64,000 nucleotides of DNA from Candidatus Marinacidobacterales bacterium (GCA_965224085.1 CBDCYI010000005.1:992001-1056000); one strand, 5' to 3'; counted from the stretch's first letter, positions 8,561 through 18,551 are shown. The notes: generated by a model not told the origin, from the letters alone. Translations and numbers: made by a program.

Positions 8561-9985
8561 TCAAGTCCGGTCGAGACGCCGCCCAATCTCCACGATCCGA
8601 TCCACCGTCTCTCGAAGGTCGTCGTCGGTCGTGCGCGGGTTGATGGTGCACATGCGGAGCACGACCTTACCGTTTAGCTCCGTCGAGCTCGTGAGGCAGA
8701 AGCTGTCGACGATGACCGCTTTCGAAAGCTCGAGGTTGAACGCATTCAAGTTATCGCTCGACTTGGCGAGGTAGCGAAAGCTGACGACTCCGAGCTCGGC
8801 CGCCGAGACCACTTCGAGCTCTTCGTGGCCACGCGCGTACGTCTCCGCCTTCTCCGCTGCGCGAAGCCCACGCTCGATGGCGGCCCGGATATGGTCGAGC
8901 CCGAAGAGTTGGATCGTCATCCACAGCTTCAGCGCACGAAACTGCCGCGTCAGCTGAAAGCCGAGGTCAGAAAAATTAACCTCTCCTTCCCCCGCTTTCA
9001 CGTCCTGGAGATATTCGGGATGAGCTTCGAGGTGCTTCGTCAGAAGCTCGCCGTCGCGTAGGAGCACGCAGCCGATCTCGTAGGGCTGGAAGAGCCACTT
9101 GTGTGGATCAAGCGAGAGCGAGTCGACGCCGCCGAGGCCTTCGAGCCGAAAGCGGTAGGTCGGTGACAGCACGGCCACGGCTCCATAGGCGCCGTCGGCG
9201 TGCAACCAGAGGTCTTCGCGACGACAGAGCTTGGAAAGCTCTGGCAGAGGATCCACGGCGCCAGTATTCGTCGTTCCCGCATTGGCGACGACGCAAAACG
9301 GTCTCTTGCCGTCGGCGCGGTCCGCGGCGATGGCTTTTTGGAGCGCTTCGAGAGACAGACGGTAGCGGCTGTCGCTCTCGATGCGACGAACTTGCCCCGC
9401 GGTGAAGCCGAGGATACGAAAGGCACGCTCCATCGACGAATGCGTCTGGTCCGAATAATAGGCGACACCTGAAGCGGGCCCATCGGAAAATTTCTCCTGA
9501 CGTGCGATCATGAGCGACGTCAAGTTGGCGGCCGAGCCTCCGCTCACGAACAAACCTCGAGCCGAGCCCGGAAAATCGCAAAGCTCCTTGAGCCAATCGA
9601 TCGTGACGATCTCGATCTGCGCCGGGCCCGCAGCTTCGAGCCACGTGCCCGCAAAAACGTTGAAGCCCGCGGCGAGGAAATCAGCGAGCGCGCCGACATA
9701 ATTGCTCGGGCCGGGGACGAAACCAAAATTTCTAGGGTGGTCGGAATGGATCATGTTCTCGAGGACGACGTCGCGGACTAGCTCGAGAACCTCCTCCGGT
9801 GCTCGCGGCCTCGCGGGCGGAGGCTCCCGGAGCGCCGCTTCGAGCTCCGCTCTCGAGCCAGTCAAGCTGACCGGACGCTCGGCGAGGGTCGCGAGGTTCT
9901 CCGCCACGATGTCCACGACCCGATAGCCCATCTCCCGCATCGACTCCGCCGAAAGCGCGAGCGTATCGTCCACGTCCCACTTCAT
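8561..9985 (-). CDS. Group II PLP-dependent (aromatic amino acid/glutamate-type) decarboxylase
   Basis: HPRNFGFVP, GLFVSGGSAAN, ANAGTTNTGAVD, WLHADGAYG, SLSLDPHKWL (PLP lysine); ATG 9985 overlaps the upstream TGA. Confidence 0.93.
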   Translation of the reverse strand: MKWDVDDTLALSAESMREMGYRVVDIVAENLATLAERPVSLTGSRAELEAALREPPPARPRAPEEVLELVRDVVLENMIHSDHPRNFGFVPGPSNYVGALADFLAAGFNVFAGTWLEAAGPAQIEIVTIDWLKELCDFPGSARGLFVSGGSAANLTSLMIARQEKFSDGPASGVAYYSDQTHSSMERAFRILGFTAGQVRRIESDSRYRLSLEALQKAIAADRADGKRPFCVVANAGTTNTGAVDPLPELSKLCRREDLWLHADGAYGAVAVLSPTYRFRLEGLGGVDSLSLDPHKWLFQPYEIGCVLLRDGELLTKHLEAHPEYLQDVKAGEGEVNFSDLGFQLTRQFRALKLWMTIQLFGLDHIRAAIERGLRAAEKAETYARGHEELEVVSAAELGVVSFRYLAKSSDNLNAFNLELSKAVIVDSFCLTSSTELNGKVVLRMCTINPRTTDDDLRETVDRIVEIGRRLDRT

Positions 9986-10476
9986 TTTTCCCCTCGTCTC
10001 GTCCAAAGAGCGGCCTCCTTCTCGTCCACCAATCCTTCGGCTCGAAGCCACGATAGCGCGTCCTCAGCGTCCTCGTCGAACCAGTTTTTTGTCGAGCCCA
10101 AGCGAAAACTGTAACCCCAGCTATCCATATCGCGAAACATTCGATCGCGACCCATCTTCGGAAGGTGATCGGACAAGAGTACCTGGAGATAACACACCGC
10201 GCTTTCTTCGACATCGTCGCCGCCCGCGTCGCGCTCGAGACAGGCGCGGCGAGATGGGCTCATGCACACGAAATGCGACGCTTCGTGCAGCACCGAGTGG
10301 ATCGGCGTGTCGGACCGCGCGTAAAGCTGATCCTCGACGAGACCCGCTTCGCTATCGCCCCAATAGCTTCCCGGAATCGCGTGCTCGGCGGGAACATGGT
10401 TCAGCTTCAACCCGTAGCGCGAGAGCAGCTGTCCGAGCTTCGCCTCGTCGACTTCTTCGAATAGCAGAACACGCAC
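9982..10476 (-). CDS. Conserved hypothetical HExxH metalloprotein
   Basis: IPGSYWGDSEAGL, SVLHEASH, EESAVCYLQ, DMDSWGYSFRLGS; ATGA overlap with the decarboxylase. Confidence 0.8.
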   Translation of the reverse strand: MRVLLFEEVDEAKLGQLLSRYGLKLNHVPAEHAIPGSYWGDSEAGLVEDQLYARSDTPIHSVLHEASHFVCMSPSRRACLERDAGGDDVEESAVCYLQVLLSDHLPKMGRDRMFRDMDSWGYSFRLGSTKNWFDEDAEDALSWLRAEGLVDEKEAALWTRRGEK

Positions 10477-10502
10477 CCAACGGTTTGTAGGATAATCCGA
10501 AT

Positions 10503-11282
10503 ATGACGGCCAGCACAGAAGACGAGCTCGATAGAGTCGTTTCTTATTTGAGAGACGCTAAGAGCGTTCTCTTCATCACTGGGGCCGGGATCTCGGCCGA
10601 TTCGGGCCTCCCTACTTATCGCGGCATCGGCGGTCTCTACGAAGACGCCGATACGCCGGAAGGCATCTCCATCGAAGAAGCGCTCTCCGGCGCGATGATG
10701 GAGACGAGACCCGCGCTCACTTGGAGGCACATCCGTCAGATCGAAGCCGCGTGTCGCGGCGCAAGCTTCAATCGAGCCCACGAAATGCTCGCGGAGGCAG
10801 AGCATCGCTACGAACGCACCTGGGTCCTGACGCAGAACGTCGACGGCTTCCACCGGAAAGCCGGCTCTCGTAACGTCATTGATATCCACGGCGACATCCA
10901 TAGCCTTTCCTGCACCGCGTGCGATTATCGGACCACCGTCGACGATTACGGTGGACTTTCGCCGCTTCCCTCCTGCCCCGAATGCAGCGCGCATCTGTGT
11001 CCCGACGTCGTGCTCTTCGGAGAGCTTCTTCCCCTTCGTAAGGTCGAGCTCATGCAAGCGGAGATCGAGAAGGGCTTCGACGTGGTCTTTTCGATCGGGA
11101 CGACGAGCGTCTTTCCCTACATCGCCCGCCCGGTCCTTCTAGCAAAGCACAATGGCAAGCCCACGGTGGAAATCAACCCGGGCGTCACACTGCTGTCTAG
11201 CGAGGTCGACGTGCGACTTCCGCTCGGCGCGGTCGAAGCCTGTGAAGCGCTCTGGACGCGTTTGACACAAAGCGATAGTTGA
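10503..11282 (+). CDS. cobB: Sirtuin NAD-dependent protein deacylase
   Basis: TGAGISADSGLPTYRG, TQNVDGFH, IHGD, CxxC..CxxC zinc site, PDVVLFGE, IGTTS, EINP. Confidence 0.93.
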   Translation: MTASTEDELDRVVSYLRDAKSVLFITGAGISADSGLPTYRGIGGLYEDADTPEGISIEEALSGAMMETRPALTWRHIRQIEAACRGASFNRAHEMLAEAEHRYERTWVLTQNVDGFHRKAGSRNVIDIHGDIHSLSCTACDYRTTVDDYGGLSPLPSCPECSAHLCPDVVLFGELLPLRKVELMQAEIEKGFDVVFSIGTTSVFPYIARPVLLAKHNGKPTVEINPGVTLLSSEVDVRLPLGAVEACEALWTRLTQSDS

Positions 11283-11349
11283 CCCTTTTTCGGCGGCACA
11301 CGTTTTTCGTGCAACGCTAGCAGGCCTAGAACCGCCTTGTTTTTGAACC

Positions 11350-11923
11350 ATGAGCATGCCCGAACTCGCTGAAGCACATGCACATGCAGACGTAAAGCTA
11401 GTCGAAAGAAAGCTTTCCGTGGACTTGTATAGCTTCGGCGAGCTTGACCGCCGTTATTACCATCGCGTCGTGCAAGTCGTTCTTGGAGTCGTCAGAGACA
11501 GGATTTTGGCAGAAGACATGGTACAGGACCTATGTAGCCGCACTGAAGGAGCTTCCCCGGCTGAGGGAGCCCGAGCGCTTTTTATCCTTGGCTTTGCCGA
11601 ATCGCGGTCAACCGCGCGATCGAGGACCGGCGCAGAGTGAGCCGGCGAGCCCGCATCGACCATGAGCAGAGGCCCATAGACATAGCACCTGCCGTAGCGG
11701 AAACGAGCTTGTTGCGAGCGGAGAGCGCCGTAGCGGTGAAAGCTGCCCTCAAGCGTCTGCCCGAAGGCCAGCGCGCGGCGGGACGATGCGATTTTTCGAC
11801 GAGCTCCCGATGCGGGCCATTGCCAAAACGCTCGGCTGCAACGAAGTCACGGCGCGCACGCAAGTATTTCGCGGTATTCGCAAGCTCGGAGTTTTCTTGA
11901 AAGCCCGAAAGGGAGTCACATGA
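11350..11923 (+). pseudogene. ECF sigma-70 factor pseudogene with three frame breaks
   Basis: Pieces in different frames: FGELDRRYYHRV..AEDMVQD / YVAALKELPRLREPERF / PWLCRIAVNRAIED..ALKRLPEGQRAA / FFDELPMRAIAKTLGCNEVTARTQVFRGIRKL..GVT*. Confidence 0.8.
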
Positions 11924-11942
11924 TGAAACCAGCACCTAGTAC

Positions 11943-12615
11943 AGCAAGAGCGAGGCAGGGAGGTACGGAGACGTCATCGCGGAGATCGACTGGAGCGTCG
12001 GGCAGATTCTCTCGAAGCTTCAGGAGCTAGATCTCGATTGACGCACGCTCGTGGTCTTCACGAGCGATATCGGTCCGTGGCTTCTCTTTCGAACGCATGG
12101 CGGCTCCGCCGGGCTTTTGAACCAAGGCAAAGGTACGACGTGGGAAGGCGGGATGCGCGTTCCGGCGATTTTCTGTTGGCCTGGCACGATCGCTCGCGGC
12201 CCGGTCGCAGCGCTCGGCACGACGATGGACGTCTTTCGGACGGCGGTGGAGCTCACCGGCGGCGACGTGCCCGCGGATCGCGCCATCGATGGTCTCGACT
12301 TGAGCGCGCTCTTGCGCGGGACCGGCGAGAGCCCGCGAGACGTCCGACCGTTTTACCGCTTCGACGAGCTCTACGCACTCCGCAAAAGGGTGGTTCAAAG
12401 CCCACTTCATCACGCAAGGTGAGTATGGGATAGGGCCCGACCGCACGGTGCACGCACCTCCATTGCTCTATCACCTAGGAGAAGATCCGGGCGAGCGATT
12501 CGATGTCGCAGAGCAATATCCGGGCGTCGTGGCGGAGCTCGTGGCCGAGGCCGAGCGGCTCGTCGGCAGCACGGAGGTGGCGCCCTCCATTTTCGACCTA
12601 CGCCCGCCGGAGTGA
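11943..12615 (+). pseudogene. Arylsulfatase C-terminal remnant
   Basis: [55 protein letters not shown]; in-frame TGA at 12039-12041, later frameshift; N-terminal CxPxR region missing. Confidence 0.85.
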
Positions 12616-12623
12616 GCTAACCA

Positions 12624-12764
12624 TTACTCTGTGCGGAGAGCGCGGACAGGGTCGATGCGGCTCGCGCGGAGTGCCGGCACGAAAGCGGCCAGCGCGGCGA
12701 CCGCAAAAAGAGTAAAGGGCATCGCGGTGAACGCTACGAAGGCTGGCTCGCTCGTAGGCAACAT
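12624..12764 (-). pseudogene. C-terminal stub of a second ADOP/ABC permease
   Basis: Manual translation ..TLFAVAALAAFVPALRASRIDPVRALRTE*, the typical permease tail. Confidence 0.65.
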
Positions 12765-12767
12765 CGA

Positions 12768-13622
12768 TTACAGCCTGTTGCCGCGCTTCGGTAGCTCCTG
12801 GCTCTTCTCGTCGCGCGGCGTGTAGGAGCCAATACCGGTCTTGGTGCGTGCATCGTAGATCATCCGCTTCACTTTGACGAACGGCAGCATACCGGCGAAG
12901 TCGAGACCTTTCGCCTTCATGAAATCGTGCAGCACTTGATCGGCGAAAGGTGAAACGAGGCCATCCACGTGAATGCGAAAGGTGCCGTCGTAATGCGGAT
13001 GCTTCTCGAAGAACTCGAGCAGCTTATCGCCCTCGACGAGCCCGTTCAGTTTGCCAACGAAGGCGGCCCGGAGGTTCTGAGGAACCACCTGAAGCGGACG
13101 CTCGAAGATGGGCGCTTGCAAATAGTGAATACCGTTCTCTTCGAAGATCGCTTTTTCTCGGAGACGCTCGTCCACCGTAGGAAGGAGTAACGTAAACGTC
13201 TTTCCTTCGTCCGAGCGGGAATAAGCATTGAGCGCCGTCTTGATGCCGTCCATCGAGCATGACTTTGCCGCGCCTGGAGGACCTAGAAGAATCCAGAGGC
13301 GTTTCGATGCCTCTAGACCGCGCGAGGCGTTGTCGATCTTCTCGACGAGGTTCGCTTTCGCCTTCTGCTGGCCGAAGACGACATACATCCCCACGAGAGC
13401 GTCGTCCTCGAAGAACTCGTATCGATGCTTGATCGGCTTTCCTGGAACGATAGTGCGCTCCACGCCGCTTGACAGCAACATGTCGTGCAGCAGCTGAAAC
13501 GTATTGCGTGTGATCCAAGGTTCAGTCTTGACGAGCTCCAGATAGTCGGAAAAGGAAAGAATTTCTTCCTCCGGAGCCGGACCACCGGAGGTTTCGAGAA
13601 TGTCTTTCAGCGCCGTCAGCAT
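12768..13622 (-). pseudogene. prkA: Truncated PrkA/YeaG-family serine kinase (N-terminal AAA half only)
   Basis: GGAGG RBS and ATG 13622; LSFSDYLELV, ILLGPPGAAKS P-loop, GIGSYTPRDEKSQE, then abrupt end. Confidence 0.75.
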
Positions 13623-13718
13623 CTTTGTCCTCCAGACCGAGGGGATTGTCGGTGGATTTCGCTTTCCTGTTTCCAGTGTAGACCACACGTCCGCAGATTC
13701 GCCGTGGAGGGCGCAAAC

Positions 13719-15667
13719 CTAACCGGCACTTCCACAGATGAACAAGCGTAAGTGTTGGCATCATTAGTCTTGTTTTTTAAGAGAGGCGTGTGTACTGCTT
13801 ACATCGTGCGGGGATTGATTCCGAGGAGGTTGAATGCTTTGTGCTGCAAGGGTGTAGGGCGAGTAACGCTGACGAAGGACAGGCCGCGGGCGTCGTTTTC
13901 GACTTGATTTTTCGTGACCGTAGCAAGATCAGAAAGAAGCGTTCTGAAACTGTGGACGGGCAACCCATCGGGAGACTTCTTGGTAGAAGCCTTTGCCTGG
14001 GCGGAGTCTGAAGACGTTGCTGGGCTGACGATGGATGAGCGTTTGGCTTGGGCACCGTCAGTGTCGTCGTCGTCAAACAAGATCGGGGCGAGGGCTTTTC
14101 GCATGTGCCATTCCACGTAGTAGGCGAGCATGCAAAGAAAGATGTGAGCTCGAACTCGCTCAGCGTTGTAGTGATAGATGGGCTGTACTTTCAAATCCAC
14201 GGTTTTGCAGCAACGAAAAGCGCGTTCAACGACTGCCAAGCCTTTGTAGGTCTTGACAGCTTCGTCTGCGGAGATGGCCTCTTCGGTGAGGCTTGTACGA
14301 ATGATATAGATACCGTCGAGGGTCGCCTCACGCTCGATGTTATCGTTGTCGCGCTCGAAGTCGAAGCTGTCGTCCGTAATGGTGTAGCGAAAGTGCTTGC
14401 CCATCTTGCTCCGAGCGAACACTCGACCCAATCGTATGCCGATGGTATCTTTGCCTCGCAAAGGACGCTGGTCTCGCTTCGTCGCTTTGCGAATCACTTC
14501 TAGCTTCGACTCCGTCGACACAAGCATCTCTTCCCGTTTCCGTGCCCGCTCGGCAGCAAGAAGAGGGTTGCGACAAGCAATGAGTCGCTCACCAGGAAAG
14601 TTAGGATGATGGATCTCCGCTAGGTCGACCTCATCGAACAGAGAAGGCTGTAGCATTCCGTCTTTTGCAAGTCGCTGAATCTGCGGGGCACGAAGTGAGC
14701 TGATCCACTCGAGACCTTCCTCTGGTCGAAGTTCCTCGCGAATCCGAGCTTCGGTGATCATCCCTCGGTCACCTACGAAGACGATATTGTCAAGCTCAAA
14801 ACGTTCTCGGACTTTGCGAATTTGGCTCCCCAGTGTTGCGGGATCTCCGGTGTTGCCTTCGAACACCTCTACCCCGACCGGCCGACCATTACGCTCACAC
14901 AGTAAGCCGAACACGATCTGCAGTTTGTTTTTCTTGCCGTCTCTCGAGTAACCGAGCTTCGCCAGAGGGCACGACCGACCTTCCACCCAAGTCGACGTCA
15001 AGTCGTAGAGAACCAAGCTGCCCTGCTGCAGATGGCGTTTCGCCAGTTTCTTCTCTATGGCAGCTTGGCGGCTCAAAAGCCAATCCAGGGCCTCATACAA
15101 CTCATCCTCGTTGGAGTCTTCAACTCCAACACACTCACCCAAAGACGAAGTCAAGGTCTGTTTCGATAGACCACGGGCCGTGGCCAACTTGGAGCCCGGC
15201 TCTACGATTCGCGCCACAATCATCGCCACCACGAGGTCACGCTCTCGGCGCTGGCGGCTATGGATGATTCGCTCGAGGCCAACTTTGCGCAGCGTTCCCA
15301 GCACGGCCGCAACATGTCCGTGAGGTTTGCTTCTGGTGATCTCGAATTGCTGAGCCTCACCCAAATCCACGTTGCCCTTCAGCAACTGGCGAAGAGCTTC
15401 AATTCGAGCGGGCTTCCACTTCGAGATGTTGGCGACGGTCCTCGTTTTGGGCTTACCGCCTTCGCGGTAGCTTTCGCGAATGAGAATCGCTGGGGGCGAG
15501 TTACGGTTCGGCACCTTGGCGATGTACATGCGCCGACTATACAGGATCTAATCAGCATTATCAACCATACCGTTATTATTACATGCGTACTGATTACACT
15601 TAGAACGGCCACATCTGCTTTAAACGTACGGGTTTACATGCGTCTAGCCGGCGGAAGCTCCGCCTAA
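13719..15667 (-). mobile_element. IS1634-family insertion sequence
   Basis: Imperfect terminal inverted repeats CTAACCGGCACTTCC (13719-13733) and GGAAGCTCCGCCTAA (15653-15667) around the transposase; no target duplication visible. Confidence 0.75.
13799..15529 (-). CDS. IS1634-family DDE transposase
   Basis: MYIAKVPNRNSPPAILIRESYREGGK, LYDLTS, GYSRDGK, VFVGDRGM, VERAFR..K, RVRAHIFLCMLAYYVEW. Confidence 0.92.
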   Translation of the reverse strand: MYIAKVPNRNSPPAILIRESYREGGKPKTRTVANISKWKPARIEALRQLLKGNVDLGEAQQFEITRSKPHGHVAAVLGTLRKVGLERIIHSRQRRERDLVVAMIVARIVEPGSKLATARGLSKQTLTSSLGECVGVEDSNEDELYEALDWLLSRQAAIEKKLAKRHLQQGSLVLYDLTSTWVEGRSCPLAKLGYSRDGKKNKLQIVFGLLCERNGRPVGVEVFEGNTGDPATLGSQIRKVRERFELDNIVFVGDRGMITEARIREELRPEEGLEWISSLRAPQIQRLAKDGMLQPSLFDEVDLAEIHHPNFPGERLIACRNPLLAAERARKREEMLVSTESKLEVIRKATKRDQRPLRGKDTIGIRLGRVFARSKMGKHFRYTITDDSFDFERDNDNIEREATLDGIYIIRTSLTEEAISADEAVKTYKGLAVVERAFRCCKTVDLKVQPIYHYNAERVRAHIFLCMLAYYVEWHMRKALAPILFDDDDTDGAQAKRSSIVSPATSSDSAQAKASTKKSPDGLPVHSFRTLLSDLATVTKNQVENDARGLSFVSVTRPTPLQHKAFNLLGINPRTM

Positions 15668-15920
15668 CGGTCGGTAGCGGCAGTTCCGGCCTACACTGGT
15701 CCGAGCCAGGCATAAGCGATCGCCTCAAAGAGTTTTGGGGTTGTCGTTAAGGTCTCTCCATATTGTAGCCTACTGATCAACCATCAGCGAGTGAGAGTTC
15801 AAGAGTCATCGCCTCTTCGCGTCGCCATTGCCATGCGATTTGAAGCAAAGGACGGCGTCGTACCCCGGATCGGTGCGTAGCAGCAGCCCCGTACGCCAGA
15901 GAGAGGGTTTTCTCGCACCG

Positions 15921-16012
15921 ATTAATAGCGGTTTGCAGGAATCGAGCGAAGCACGGCGTTACGCGAGGCACGATGCTTGTAGAGCGAGCATTCGTGCAAA
16001 CCGTAATTGAAC
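15921..16012 (-). other. attC-like imperfect inverted repeat at the 3' end of the integrase/IS91-like element
   Basis: Arms CGGTTTGCAGGAAT (15929-15942) and ATTCGTGCAAACCG (15990-16003), 13/14 paired; on the minus strand framed by GTTCAAT..ATTAATC. Confidence 0.55.
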
Positions 16013-16247
16013 TAAGCCGCCCAGCTAGCGGCAACTATGCATAAATTGGAGTGAGAAGACGGTCGGACAGGAAGTCGGAGTTGGACGTCAGGGAGTTGCG
16101 AATCGACAGAGATATGGCGGGGAAGATAGAAGAAGGGCCTACCCGGTGCGGTAACCACCACGGTAGCGTTATGAGTTCGCGACGAGACACACGAGTCCGT
16201 TTCAACGACCGGTCGGCGTTGTGAGAGGCGGAGCGAAAGCATCGTGA

Positions 16248-17406
16248 TCATGACTCATCTGGAGGGGAGCGGATCTGGAGGTTGATCCGTCGAAGCTTCG
16301 TGGAGAGAGGGCATCGGAGCATGCGACCTTTCTTGCAGCGGGGACAGATGGTGAGGTCGATGCCGGTGAGCTCCTTGAGCCGCTCGCGCCAGTCCTTGTC
16401 CTCGGTGGCACGCGAGCTGACTTGCACGTCGTCGGCGTCGGTCGTGGGTTTTGTTTTCTCATCGAGCAACTGGCGCGCGACTACGAGCTTGGTGGTCGCA
16501 TTGGAGGAGGCCATTAAGCCGAAATGACGAATCTTGACGAAACCTTTCGGCAGTACGTGCAGGAGGAAACGGCGGATAAATTCCTCTGGGGGGACGGTAA
16601 CGGTATTACCATTCTTGGTGGCGAAGCAGACGCCGTAGTGGTCGTTTGCTGTAAACGACCCAATCGATGCGGTAGAGCTTGTCTTTCAGCTCCCGGAAGC
16701 GAGGTGGGTTTCTGAGGTGGGAAGCGTTTGCGCTCAACTCAAGCTCATCTTGGTCGTAAGCGAGCCTAAGGGCATCGAGAAACTTGCTGCGAAAAAGCCG
16801 CGACATGGCCTTGACGGGAAACAGAAAGCGAGGGTTTGCGGCGTTCCACAGCTGCTGAGGGTGGTTGAGCCCGCCCCCGGAGACGATGCAATGCAGGTGT
16901 GGATGGAACAGGAGCTTCCGGGTCCAGGTGTGCAGTACGGCGGTGAAGGCAAGTTGAGCTTCGAGCCGGCTTTGGCCGAACTCCAATAGAGTTCGCGAGG
17001 CGGCGCGAAACAGGAGGTTGAACATGAACTTGGGATTGTCTCGGGCGAGAGGCTTGAGTTGCTGCGGGAGGGTGAAAACGACGTGGAAATAGTGAGTCGG
17101 AAGAATCCTCTGAGCTCGCTGCTCCATCCACTTCGCCTGGGCTAGGCTCTGACACTTGGGACAGTGCCGATTGCGGCACGAGTTAAACGAAGGCGCCGCG
17201 TATCCGCAAGCGTTACACACGTCGAGATGGCCACCTAGCACCGCCGTGCGACAGTTCTCTATAGCCCACATCACCTTGCGCTGCTCGGCTGTCAGCGCAT
17301 GGGTTTGGCGAAAGCGTGGACCATGTTCGCGGAAGATTTCCGCGATCTCGAGCAGTGGCCGTGGTGGTGACTCGACGCGGGAAGGACACAGCCCATGGGG
17401 CTGCAT
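16248..17406 (-). pseudogene. IS91-family rolling-circle transposase disrupted by a frameshifting deletion near 16640
   Basis: Zinc motif CNACG..SCRNRHCPKC, HVVFTLP, HUH motif VLHTW..HPHLH; WVVYSKRP jumps to GVCFATKNG..EFIRRFLLHVLPKGFVKIRHFG..CPRC in another frame; catalytic YxxRY segment absent. Confidence 0.85.
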
Positions 17407-17412
17407 GATGAG

Positions 17413-18273
17413 CTAGCCGAGCTTTTTGCCCTTCTTCGTTCCCAGCAAATCGAGAGGGCTCTTGATGCGCCCCAAGTGCTTTGCTGTTACCTTTGTGTAA
17501 CGGGCCGTGGTCTGGATGGAGGCATGACCGAGCAGTTGCTGCACGGTACGAATGTCTTCACCCAGTTCGAGCATATGTGTGGCAAAACCGTGGCGCAGCG
17601 AATGAGGAGTGATACGTTTGGTGAGCCCCGCCTCAGCCACGGCCTTACGAAGAGCCCAGCGAACGCCATCGTCTGAGATGTGGGCACCAGGATTACGGCC
17701 GGGAAACAAGTACTCTCCGCGAGGGCGAGTGGTTTTCCAGTAGTAGCGCAGGAAGCTCAACAAACGTTCGCTGAGCGTGACATAGCGGGCCTTGGAGTTC
17801 TTGGCGTGACGAATGTGCAAGAGCATGCGTTTGGAGTCGATGTCGGAGTGCTTCAGACAGCACACCTCGGAAACGCGCAGCCCGGCGCCGTAGGCGCTCA
17901 TGAGAATCGCGCGGTGTTTGACGGAGTTAACGGAGTGAAGCAAACAATCGACCTCCTCGCCGCTCAAGATATCGGGTAACGTGCGAGGTTTCTTGGGCCA
18001 AGGAATCTTCGCCACCTCCTCCGGGCGGTTGAGTGTGGTTGCGTAGAGAAACTTGAGAGAGGCGACGTACATGTGGTGGCTGGCCGGAGAGGCCTTCTTC
18101 TCGTTAACGAGATGAATCAGATAATCGCGGGTCTCCGGCTCGCCCATCTCGGCGGGTGAGCGCATGTAATGTGCCGCGAAATGGCGCGCTCGCAGCAGAT
18201 ACTCCTCCTGCGTGGAGCGTGCGAACCCCTTCAGTTTCATGTCGGCAAGCATTTTTTCGCTAAGGCATCCCAT
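17413..18273 (-). CDS. Tyrosine recombinase/integrase with N-terminal SAM-like domain
   Basis: GGAGGA RBS; YGAGLRVSE, HSLRHGFATH, LLGH..TTARY (R, HxxR, H and Y catalytic residues intact). Confidence 0.92.
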   Translation of the reverse strand: MGCLSEKMLADMKLKGFARSTQEEYLLRARHFAAHYMRSPAEMGEPETRDYLIHLVNEKKASPASHHMYVASLKFLYATTLNRPEEVAKIPWPKKPRTLPDILSGEEVDCLLHSVNSVKHRAILMSAYGAGLRVSEVCCLKHSDIDSKRMLLHIRHAKNSKARYVTLSERLLSFLRYYWKTTRPRGEYLFPGRNPGAHISDDGVRWALRKAVAEAGLTKRITPHSLRHGFATHMLELGEDIRTVQQLLGHASIQTTARYTKVTAKHLGRIKSPLDLLGTKKGKKLG

Positions 18274-18551
18274 GATTATTCCTCCAGTGATTTAGCAGAC
18301 GACGACCATCGCCGCCCGCGGGGGACAGGGATGATGCCATGTGTGAGAGAGCGGTTCCGAGAAACGCAGGACTCGTTGTCCGGAGCGAAGATCGAACGAA
18401 TGAAGACGACGGCGAAGCCGTCCTCCTTAATCCCTTCTGGCTCCCGTGGCCCGGAAAAACAAGGGAAACGGGTTAGAGGCGAGTGAGTTCACCGCGGCTG
18501 GCTTGCCGTGCAAAACCCGGAGTCCGGAGCCCCTGCCGGAGGCACCCGTCC

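Noticed and set aside
16580-16600. Second frameshift in the IS91-like transposase at the G run
   Set aside because: Counting six G residues keeps the frame (TVPPEEFIRRF); only one lesion is needed.
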